A stretch of DNA of 64,000 nucleotides from contig MEPB01000025.1 of assembly GCA_001769385.1 (NCBI GenBank), positions 10,707 to 74,706 on the forward strand, given 5' to 3'. Shown one piece after another: positions 1-7,655 of the stretch (position 1 is the first letter of the stretch; the number at the start of each line of letters is the position of its first letter). A program made the translations under genes and the position numbers. A model generated the notes under the pieces. The model saw only the letters and a program-made list of their open reading frames with translations. It was not told where the DNA came from and did not search any database. This DNA comes from Bacteroidetes bacterium RIFCSPLOWO2_12_FULL_35_15. Its GTDB lineage: Bacteria > Bacteroidota > Bacteroidia > 2-12-FULL-35-15.

Positions 1-46
1 TTGTCGAATTTGTTATTTTTGTGTGATATTTAATATTGATTTGTTT

Positions 47-688
47 ATGATAACAATAAAAACATTTGTTTTTGGCCCTTTTCAGGAAAATACCTACCTG
101 CTTTCTGATGAAAGCAAAGAATGTGTCATTATTGATCCGGGCTGTTATGATAGCCATGAACGGGAAGAATTAACAGATTTTATTGAGGCTAATAAATTGA
201 AGCCGGTTAAATTATTGAATACTCATTGTCACCTTGATCATATGTTTGGGAATGGCTTTATTACAGAAACCTATAAGATAAAACCTGAATTTGATAAAAA
301 TGAACAACTGGTTTTTGATTCTTATCTTCCCACTGCTAATATATATAATCTGGAAGCATCGCCATCTTCTGCACCTGAAAAATATTTGAAAGAAGGAGAT
401 GTTATCAAATTCGGAAATTCGACATTGGAAATAATGAGTGTTCCGGGTCATTCACCGGGTAGCCTTACATTTTTCAATCGCGAACAAAAATTTATGATTG
501 CAGGCGATGTATTATTTTTCGGAAGCATTGGAAGAAGTGATCTGCCGGGAGGTAATCACAATACACTTATTTCAAGTATTCAAACAAAGTTAGTGCCTCT
601 TGGCGATGACTATACTGTTTACAGCGGACATGGGAAATCTACTTCTATTGGATTTGAGAGAATGCATAATCCATTTCTAAATGAATAG
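47..688 (+). CDS. MBL-fold metallo-hydrolase (glyoxalase II-like)
   Basis: ORF 23..688; THCHLDH metal-binding motif plus downstream PGHSPGS and GD..F motifs typical of the beta-lactamase fold. ATG at 47 (MITIKTFVFGPF...) preferred over GTG at 23. Confidence 0.85.
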   Translation: MITIKTFVFGPFQENTYLLSDESKECVIIDPGCYDSHEREELTDFIEANKLKPVKLLNTHCHLDHMFGNGFITETYKIKPEFDKNEQLVFDSYLPTANIYNLEASPSSAPEKYLKEGDVIKFGNSTLEIMSVPGHSPGSLTFFNREQKFMIAGDVLFFGSIGRSDLPGGNHNTLISSIQTKLVPLGDDYTVYSGHGKSTSIGFERMHNPFLNE

Positions 689-750
689 AACGCAGATGAC
701 GCGGATTGGCGGATTAAAAAGGATAAAATAAATTAAAAATTTCCGCGTCT
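688..750. repeat. GAACGC(A/G)GAT-type repeat units (family 2), inverted pair
   Basis: GAACGCAGATGACGCGGATTGGCGGATT (688..715) and an inverted AAATTTCCGCGTC (738..750). Related to the units at 32521, 52077 and 52198. Confidence 0.6.
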
Positions 751-847
751 TTGCGAATATGTGTTTGTAAATTTTAAAAATATGATTTTTGCAAAACAAT
801 CGTCTCAAGAAAGTTTTTGGTTGCAGACACAATACTTCACAGAGCGT

Positions 848-874
848 CTCCCCCGCTGGAGGGGGCAGGGGGAG
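848..874. repeat. C5/G5 alternative-hairpin element
   Basis: CTCCCCC-GCTGGAGGGGGCA-GGGGGAG: the C-run can pair with either of two G5 runs. An isolated GC island in AT-rich spacer. Confidence 0.6.
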
Positions 875-908
875 GAACCTAATTATAATTGTGCCACTAA
901 ATAAGATC

Positions 909-1130
909 ATGAAACTAAAACCCGGTAAATACAAACACTACAAAGGAAAAAAATACGAAGTAATTAGTGTTGCCCGTCATAGTGAAACACTTGAAAATAT
1001 GGTAATTTACAAAGCATTGTATTTGCCCGAAGGTGAAAATCTTTGGGTGCGTCCATTAATTATGTTTATGGAAGAAGTGGAAGTGGGTGGAAAAAAAATG
1101 CCGAGGTTTGAGTATGTGGGTGATGTTTAA
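909..1130 (+). CDS. DUF1653 domain protein
   Basis: ORF 789..1130. Sequence from the ATG at 909 (MKLKPGKYKHYKGKKYEV...HSETLE..VIYKALY...LWVRP..MF...PRFEYVG) matches the DUF1653 pattern as I remember it. The upstream part of the ORF is translated repeat DNA. Confidence 0.75.
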   Translation: MKLKPGKYKHYKGKKYEVISVARHSETLENMVIYKALYLPEGENLWVRPLIMFMEEVEVGGKKMPRFEYVGDV

Positions 1131-1141
1131 ATTGCATGCTC

Positions 1142-1271
1142 GTCCTCGTTTGCAACGAGGACATATAAGAAATGCGTCTGTGAGGCATATGTGCAAAAAA
1201 TAATCAAATTTCAAAATGATGTTTTAGCGTTAGAAACGCCTTTTTCATGCGTCCTCGTTGCAAACGAGGAC
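1142..1271. repeat. pair of mirror-image 21-nt hairpins
   Basis: GTCCTCGTTTGCAACGAGGAC (1142..1162) and its exact reverse complement GTCCTCGTTGCAAACGAGGAC (1251..1271), 88 nt apart. Confidence 0.8.
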
Positions 1272-1317
1272 GAGGTGGGCAACTAAAGTACAAAAAACTA
1301 AACGAATGAGATTAAAC

Positions 1318-1346
1318 AAAAAATCCCGCCATTAGCGGGAGTTTTG
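1318..1346. terminator. bidirectional intrinsic terminator between the DUF1653 gene and serS
   Basis: AAAAAA-TCCCGC-catta-GCGGGA-GTTTT: GC stem flanked by an A-run and a T-run. Confidence 0.7.
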
Positions 1347-1356
1347 TAAGAATTTA

Positions 1357-1389
1357 GATTGCTTCGGTCGTTCCTTCCTTGCAATGAAC
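1357..1389 (-). repeat. GTTCAT...GCAATC repeat unit (family 1 relative)
   Basis: Minus strand GTTCATTGCAAGGAAGGAACGACCGAAGCAATC. It shares GT(T)CAT and AATC termini with the 27-nt family. Confidence 0.4.
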
Positions 1390-1392
1390 GTA

Positions 1393-2664
1393 CTAATTGA
1401 TCATCTCAAAACCACAATATGGAACCAACACTTTTGGTATTTTAATTCCCTCAGGTGTTTGATTGTTTTCCAATAAACAAGCTACGATACGAGGTAAAGC
1501 CAATGCACTACCATTCAAGGTATGTGCCAGTTGCGGTTTGCCGTCACCTTCTTTAAAACGTAATTTCAAACGGTTACTTTGGAAGGTTTCAAAATTCGAT
1601 ACGGAACTCACTTCCAACCATTTTTCCTGAGCGGCAGAGAAAGTTTCAAAATCGTAGGTTAAAGCAGAAGCAAAACTCATATCACCACCGCATAATTTCA
1701 ATGTACGGAATGGTAATTCTAATTCTCGTAATAATCCTGCAACATAGGTTCGCATATCTTCCAATGTTTCATACGATTTATCTGGATGCGAAATTTGAAC
1801 GATCTCCACTTTGTCGAATTGATGCAAACGATTTAAGCCACGAACATCTTTTCCATAACTTCCGGCTTCACGTCTGAAACAAGGCGTATAGCCACAATTT
1901 TTTATTGGTAATTGCTCTGCTTTTAAAATTACATCACGATAAATATTGGTAATTGGAACTTCTGCCGTTGGAATTAAATATAAATTATCAATGGTAGCAT
2001 GATACATTTGTCCTTCTTTATCCGGCAATTGGCCTGTTGCATAACCGGAAGTTTCATTCACTAAAATAGGGGGTTGAATTTCTAAATACCCTGCAGCTGT
2101 TGCCCTGTCTAAAAAGAAATTGATCAAGGCCCGTTGCAAACGAGCTGCTTTCCCTTTGTACACAGGAAATCCTGCACCTGTTAGTTTAACTCCTAATTCA
2201 AAATCAATGATGTCGTATTGTGTGGTTAGCTCCCAATGTGGTTTTGCGCCAGCATACAGTTTTGGGATCTCACCTTCCTGATACACATTTTCGTTTTCGG
2301 CAGGTGTTTTCCCTTTTGGTACGGTGCTATTGGGTGTGTTGGGAACTTGCACCAATAATTTATATTGTTCCTCTTCTATTGCTTTCAATTGTTCAGAAAG
2401 TTTGTTCGAACTTTCTTTTACAGCAGCACTTTTATTTTTCAAGTCGTCAGCTTCTGCTTTTTTACCTTGCTTAAACAGATCGCCAACTTGTTTTGCAATT
2501 GTATTTGCTTCATTTAATAAGGAATCTAACTCCTTTTGGGTAGTTTTTCTGGCATCATCCAATTCAAGTACTTTTTCCAAAATTGGTTTTGCATCAAAAT
2601 TTTTAATGGCCAAACGAGCGATTGCTTCGTCTTTATTTTCCCGGATGTAATTCAGTTGTAACAT
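1393..2664 (-). CDS. serS: seryl-tRNA synthetase
   Basis: 423 aa; N-terminal coiled-coil arm (MLQLNYIRENKDE...) and class II core motifs (FRREAGSYGKDVRGLNRLHQFDKVE, GSALALPR). Confidence 0.97.
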   Translation of the reverse strand: MLQLNYIRENKDEAIARLAIKNFDAKPILEKVLELDDARKTTQKELDSLLNEANTIAKQVGDLFKQGKKAEADDLKNKSAAVKESSNKLSEQLKAIEEEQYKLLVQVPNTPNSTVPKGKTPAENENVYQEGEIPKLYAGAKPHWELTTQYDIIDFELGVKLTGAGFPVYKGKAARLQRALINFFLDRATAAGYLEIQPPILVNETSGYATGQLPDKEGQMYHATIDNLYLIPTAEVPITNIYRDVILKAEQLPIKNCGYTPCFRREAGSYGKDVRGLNRLHQFDKVEIVQISHPDKSYETLEDMRTYVAGLLRELELPFRTLKLCGGDMSFASALTYDFETFSAAQEKWLEVSSVSNFETFQSNRLKLRFKEGDGKPQLAHTLNGSALALPRIVACLLENNQTPEGIKIPKVLVPYCGFEMIN

Positions 2665-2789
2665 ATAGTATTGAGTATAGCGATGTGAGATTTTTAGATA
2701 TTTAGTATAGAAGATTTAGATAGTAGAAATTTGTATGAGTAAATTTAAGTATAGTATCTCAATACTCAAATCTTATATCTCAATACTCC

Positions 2790-2828
2790 AAAAAAAATCT
2801 CCTAAACTTCTGTTGAAGCTCAGGAGAT
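2790..2828 (-). terminator. intrinsic terminator after rpmA
   Basis: Minus strand: ATCTCCTGAGCTTC-aaca-GAAGTTTAGGAGAT followed by TTTTTTTT. Confidence 0.75.
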
Positions 2829-2849
2829 TTTAAAAATTATTGAATACCC

Positions 2850-3116
2850 TTATGCTTCTGCAGTGAATGGAACTATCGAAACATACGATTTATCATTACG
2901 TTTCTTTTTAAATTCAACTGTTCCATCAGTTAAAGCGAATAAAGTATGGTCTTTACCAATACCAACGTTTGCACCTGGATTGTGTTTAGTACCTCTTTGA
3001 CGAACAATGATGTTCCCTGAGATAGCTAATTGACCACCAAAAATTTTAACGCCTAAACGTTTGCTTTGCGATTCGCGGCCGTTGTCGGAACTACCCGCAC
3101 CTTTTTTATGTGCCAT
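2850..3116 (-). CDS. rpmA: 50S ribosomal protein L27
   Basis: [24 protein letters not shown]...[25 protein letters not shown] is the canonical L27 sequence. Confidence 0.97.
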   Translation of the reverse strand: MAHKKGAGSSDNGRESQSKRLGVKIFGGQLAISGNIIVRQRGTKHNPGANVGIGKDHTLFALTDGTVEFKKKRNDKSYVSIVPFTAEA

Positions 3117-3173
3117 GTTTTCTTAAATTAAAATTAAAATTAAAAATCATGAATTGAATTCGCTCAATTCAAA

Positions 3174-3668
3174 TTATTTCGCTGCTTTTTTCGCTGCTGC
3201 TTTCTTAGGAGCTGCTTTTTTAGGTGCAGTTTCTGTTTTTGCCGCTGCTTTTTTAGGAGCTGCTTTTTTTGTTGTTTTCACTTCTACTTCAGTTGCTTCA
3301 ACTTTAGCTTTCGGTGCTTTTTTCTCAACAGAAATTTCATCTTTCAATGTTTCGCCTTTACCTAAAATTCCTTGAATAAGAATTTGAGATAATTGCTGAC
3401 GGTGACCATTTGATTTTTGGTAACCTTTTCTGCGTTTCTTTTTAAATACGATGACTTTGTCACCTTTTAGATGGGAAAGTACTGTTGCAGCTACTTTTGC
3501 ACCATCTACTGAAGGAGTTCCAATTTGAATTTTCCCGTCATTGTCAATTAACAACACGTTATCAAATTCAATTTTAGCCCCTTCGCTAGCTTCTAGGCGG
3601 TGAACATACACTTTAGTGCCACGTTCTACCTTAAATTGTTGCCCGGCTATTTCTACGATTGCGTACAT
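3174..3668 (-). CDS. rplU: 50S ribosomal protein L21 with Lys/Ala-rich C-terminal extension
   Basis: MYAIVEIAGQQFKVE... canonical L21 N-terminus at the internal ATG (3668). Immediately upstream of rpmA as in the conserved rplU-rpmA operon. The last ~65 aa are KKAAPKKAAAK-type repeats. Confidence 0.93.
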   Translation of the reverse strand: MYAIVEIAGQQFKVERGTKVYVHRLEASEGAKIEFDNVLLIDNDGKIQIGTPSVDGAKVAATVLSHLKGDKVIVFKKKRRKGYQKSNGHRQQLSQILIQGILGKGETLKDEISVEKKAPKAKVEATEVEVKTTKKAAPKKAAAKTETAPKKAAPKKAAAKKAAK

Positions 3669-3741
3669 TTTTTTAGGGTTTAATTTGTTAATACTACCCA
3701 AGCGTAATTATTTCTTGGGGGCACGAAATTAAGAAAATATT

Positions 3742-4638
3742 TTATTCCGGCAAAGAAATGACGGTTTTTTTCTTGTTTACCAGATAAACACCTAGTAATA
3801 TTAAGGCGATCCAGACAAAATGAAGAGGCAACACGGCTTCATTGTCGAAAAGTCCCCAACCCATTGCTACTATTGGAATCAGGTAGGTAACGGAAGATGC
3901 AAAAAGGGCGGTCGTTTGACGAATTAATACATTGAAAACAATTACCGAGAGCGCAGTGCCGAAAACCGCTAAAATTGCCACATATCCTAAACTTTCCAAA
4001 GCTTTTGGATCGTTTGCCAAACGGTAAGTAAAATCAGTAAAGCCAAACAAATAAAATCCTGCCACCGGACCAATGAACATCATTGCCCAAACAGTGGCAG
4101 TAATTGGATTAACATCATTCAAGCTCTTTTTGATAATATTGACACTTAGTCCGTAGCAGAGGGTGGCTAATACCACATAAAATCCGAATAATAAATTATT
4201 ATCCAGATCAATGCTTTTGCCAACCATCAATAATCCAATGGCCCCGACAAAACCAATCATAATCCCAACTGCGTTTATCCAACGTGTTTTAATTTTAAAC
4301 AATAAAACACCTAATAATAATGTAAATAAGGGAGTTAGTGAATTTAACATTCCTGCCAAGGAGCTGCTGATACCGGTTTCTGCTTTTGTAAATAAAAAAG
4401 CGGGAATGAAATTCCCAAGTACGCCCATTCCCACAAATCCTTTCCAATGTTTTAACATCGGCATTTTAACATGTCGGAATACCAAAGGAGATAAAAATAA
4501 AAAAGCCATCAGAATTCGAAGTGCAGCTACTTCTTCACTCGAAAATACTTCCATTCCACGCTTCATTAAAATAAAGGAACTTCCCCAAATCAGGGCAAGA
4601 ATGATAAGGATGATCCACTGAAAAAGTTTTTTGCTCAC
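3742..4638 (-). CDS. EamA/DMT-family transporter
   Basis: 298 aa, about 10 predicted TM helices in two halves; N-terminus LIWGSSFILMK is typical of EamA repeats. Confidence 0.85.
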   Translation of the reverse strand: MSKKLFQWIILIILALIWGSSFILMKRGMEVFSSEEVAALRILMAFLFLSPLVFRHVKMPMLKHWKGFVGMGVLGNFIPAFLFTKAETGISSSLAGMLNSLTPLFTLLLGVLLFKIKTRWINAVGIMIGFVGAIGLLMVGKSIDLDNNLLFGFYVVLATLCYGLSVNIIKKSLNDVNPITATVWAMMFIGPVAGFYLFGFTDFTYRLANDPKALESLGYVAILAVFGTALSVIVFNVLIRQTTALFASSVTYLIPIVAMGWGLFDNEAVLPLHFVWIALILLGVYLVNKKKTVISLPE

Positions 4639-4780
4639 GAAAAAAAATTAAGCCACAAAGATATTACAATTGTTGGAATCTTGGTTGCTAGTTTTTAGTG
4701 ATTGCGTTTTTCGATTCTTATTAAAAATGTAAATTTGTAATCGAATCAATTTGTTTTTAATCCTAAATCCTAAATTTATT

Positions 4781-4996
4781 ATGTCAACAGAAAAAATAAC
4801 ACTCAAAATAGAAGGAATGACTTGCGGACATTGTGAAAAATCAGTGGATAGGATCATTAAAGAAATTGATGGTGTTTCTGAATGTACTGTGTCAGTTAAA
4901 AATTCTTCTGCGGAAGTAACATTTGATAATTCAAAAACCAGTAAACAGTTGATCATAAAAGCTGTTAACGATAGTGAACTATACAAAGCAAGTTAA
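4781..4996 (+). CDS. heavy-metal-associated (HMA) domain metallochaperone, CopZ-like
   Basis: GMTCGHCEKSV (MxCxxC) metal-binding loop in a ~70 aa ferredoxin-like protein; ATG at 4781. Confidence 0.85.
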   Translation: MSTEKITLKIEGMTCGHCEKSVDRIIKEIDGVSECTVSVKNSSAEVTFDNSKTSKQLIIKAVNDSELYKAS

Positions 4997-4997
4997 T

Positions 4998-6410
4998 ATG
5001 CAACACTACAAAATTTATGTTGGCGGTGAGTTTGTTGAAACTCAAAACAAATTAAAAGTTGTAGATCCATTTACCCAACAAGTATTTGCAACAACTTATT
5101 TAGGAGGTTCCGAAGAGCTGGAAATGGCCATTAAAAAGGCGGAATCAATTAAAGAAGAATTAAAAAATTTACCTTCTTATAAACGCTATGAAATTTTAAT
5201 GCAGATCGCAAATGAAATGAAAAGCAATCGTGATTACCTTGCAACAGTACTTTGTAACGAATCAGCAAAACCAATTCGTTATGCATTAGCAGAGATCGAT
5301 CGTGCTGTACAAACTTTTATTGTTGCTGCAGAAGAAAGTAAACGTTTGCCAAAAGAATATATATCGCTTGACTGGACGATAGCAGGAGAGGGGAAAGAAG
5401 GCATTGTAAAATATTTTCCTTTGGGATTGGTTGCTGGAATCGCACCATTTAATTTCCCGATGAATTTAGCCGTACACAAAATCGCTCCTGCTATTGCTGC
5501 AGGCTGTCCTATTATATTAAAACCTGCTTCTTCAACTCCGATTTCTACGTTAGAATTGGCTAAAATAATTGATAAGACTGCCCTTCCAAAAGGTGCCGTT
5601 TCCATTATTCCAATGAATAGATTAGCAGGAAATCAATTAGTAACCGATGAGCGTTTTAAATTGTTATCGTTCACCGGTTCTCCGCTAGTTGGTTGGGAAA
5701 TGAAACGCAATGCAGGAAAAAAGAAAGTAGTTTTAGAACTTGGTGGGAATGCTGCTGTGATAATTACACCAAGTGCAAATATTGAAAAAACAATTGTAAA
5801 ATGTGTTGTAGGAGGCTTTGCTTATAGCGGACAAGTCTGTATTCATGCGCAACGATTTTATGTTCATGAAAGTGTTTTTGAAAAATTTACGCAAGAATTT
5901 GTTGAAGCAACAAAAAAATTAAAACAAGGGAATCCGAAAGAAGCCGCTACTGATATTTCTTCCATGATCGATGAAGAAAATGCAAAACGTGTGGAAGCAT
6001 GGATATATGAAGCATCGCAGCAAGGCGCTACCGTTTTACTTGGAGGAAAACGAGAGGGAACATTTGTGGAACCAACCATTATTACGAACACAACAAAATC
6101 AATGAATGTATGCAGTGAAGAAATTTTCGGTCCTGTTGTAACTATCGAAAAATATAGCACTTTCAAAGAAGCAGTTGCGCTGGTAAATAATTCTGATTTT
6201 GGTTTACAAGCAGGTGTTTTTACAAATGAACTTTCTGAAAGTGATTATGCATTCAATAATATTGACGTAGGTGGAGTCGTAATTAATGATATTCCAACTT
6301 TTCGTGTGGACCATATGCCATATGGTGGAATAAAAGATTCCGGACTTGGTCGCGAAGGAATAAAATATGCCATAATGGACATGATGGAAGCAAAGATTTT
6401 GGTAAAATAA
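4998..6410 (+). CDS. NAD(P)-dependent aldehyde dehydrogenase family protein
   Basis: VLELGGNAA (ELGG) and SGQVCIHAQR catalytic-Cys motifs; ~470 aa. ATG at 4998, two bases after the stop of the HMA gene. Confidence 0.9.
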   Translation: MQHYKIYVGGEFVETQNKLKVVDPFTQQVFATTYLGGSEELEMAIKKAESIKEELKNLPSYKRYEILMQIANEMKSNRDYLATVLCNESAKPIRYALAEIDRAVQTFIVAAEESKRLPKEYISLDWTIAGEGKEGIVKYFPLGLVAGIAPFNFPMNLAVHKIAPAIAAGCPIILKPASSTPISTLELAKIIDKTALPKGAVSIIPMNRLAGNQLVTDERFKLLSFTGSPLVGWEMKRNAGKKKVVLELGGNAAVIITPSANIEKTIVKCVVGGFAYSGQVCIHAQRFYVHESVFEKFTQEFVEATKKLKQGNPKEAATDISSMIDEENAKRVEAWIYEASQQGATVLLGGKREGTFVEPTIITNTTKSMNVCSEEIFGPVVTIEKYSTFKEAVALVNNSDFGLQAGVFTNELSESDYAFNNIDVGGVVINDIPTFRVDHMPYGGIKDSGLGREGIKYAIMDMMEAKILVK

Positions 6411-6435
6411 AACTAATTTTTTAGCATTGACATTC

Positions 6436-7653
6436 CTACAATTGATATTTATATAACTCTGCAATCACTTCGTACAACTCTTTTTCTGTTTGCAAATAAT
6501 TACTGAAAGCATTATTGTAAAAGCTCATTTCCATAAAATATTCAATAGTAGAAATTTGACCCAACGTAAGAGATTTGTTTAAAAGCGTTGTGTTATTGAA
6601 TGAAGTAAAAGCGGTTCGGTATTCTTCTAAAATTATTTTGAGGTTGGCATACTTTTCATAGATATGTTTGATATGAAAGTAATGTTCGTTGACATGGGCC
6701 TGTAACTCAAAATCTGTAAAAAGCAGTTGCGCTTTTTTTAGCTTTACAGTGTTTTTGTTTTCCCACAAAGGAATAGTAATACCTGTGTGGATGCCGTTGT
6801 AGTTTTGACCAAGTATGCCTTGATAGTGATAACCTACTTCAGCTTTGGGTAAATACATTGCTTTACTCACCTCTATTTGTTTTTGAGCAATTAACTTTTC
6901 CTGTTGCAGAATTTTAAGTAAGGGGTCGGCACTTTCATAATTTTTTTCCAATTGTTCGAATGATGGAATAATTGAAAGCATAGGGTAAAGGGTATCAGGA
7001 AATACAACTGAAACTCCTCCGTTCAACTCCGTTAGCTTTTGATTAAGCTGATTGATTGAGGAACTGTTTTCCTGAAATTCTTTTTTAATTTCTATCAATT
7101 GTAGCTGTGCTTTGTTTACGTCAAGAATATTTCCTTCTCCCTTCTCGAGCTTTTTTTGAAAATCTGACACCAGTTTTTCGGTGTTCTGTTTTCGCTGCCC
7201 TAATAGTGTGTGCAGCTTATTGTGATAAACTAAATCAATGCAAACTTTTTTTGCTTCCAATAAAATATCCTGCCGTTTGGCCGTGAATTGATACTCGGAT
7301 TGGATAATTTGCTGATTTGCCAACTGCTTCTTTTTGATATATGCCGTTGGAAAATCAAAGGATTGTGCAATGGTGAATTCTTGTTGAACCCCTGCATTAG
7401 AACGTTTTCCAGAAAGAAAGTCGTATTCAGCGGTTGGATTGTAAGGAGTAAGACCTGTTTTATATTGAAGATTCTGTGCCTGATAATATTGCTGGCTTGC
7501 AATAAGTGTTTTATTATTTTTTCTTATTGCAGAAAGAATAGTGTCCATATTGGATTGGGCATTTCCGTTTGCTGCAAACAGCAAAAGCAGGATGAATGGT
7601 GAATGGTAAATGAATTTCAATTTCAGTTGGCGAGTGAATTTTATTTTTTTCAT
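6436..7653 (-). CDS. TolC-family outer-membrane efflux protein (CzcC/CusC-like)
   Basis: 405 aa with signal peptide and a duplicated coiled-coil/beta architecture. Last gene of the RND operon, 2 nt after the pump gene. Confidence 0.85.
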   Translation of the reverse strand: MKKIKFTRQLKLKFIYHSPFILLLLFAANGNAQSNMDTILSAIRKNNKTLIASQQYYQAQNLQYKTGLTPYNPTAEYDFLSGKRSNAGVQQEFTIAQSFDFPTAYIKKKQLANQQIIQSEYQFTAKRQDILLEAKKVCIDLVYHNKLHTLLGQRKQNTEKLVSDFQKKLEKGEGNILDVNKAQLQLIEIKKEFQENSSSINQLNQKLTELNGGVSVVFPDTLYPMLSIIPSFEQLEKNYESADPLLKILQQEKLIAQKQIEVSKAMYLPKAEVGYHYQGILGQNYNGIHTGITIPLWENKNTVKLKKAQLLFTDFELQAHVNEHYFHIKHIYEKYANLKIILEEYRTAFTSFNNTTLLNKSLTLGQISTIEYFMEMSFYNNAFSNYLQTEKELYEVIAELYKYQL

Positions 7654-7655
7654 TT

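Noticed and set aside
3154-3375. 73-aa plus-strand ORF made of AAFLGAAF repeats.
   Set aside because: It is the antisense translation of the Lys/Ala-rich tail of rplU, so it is a repeat-driven artefact.
4648-4986. 112-aa minus-strand ORF.
   Set aside because: It is antisense to the HMA metallochaperone gene, which has a clear MxCxxC motif. No recognisable features.
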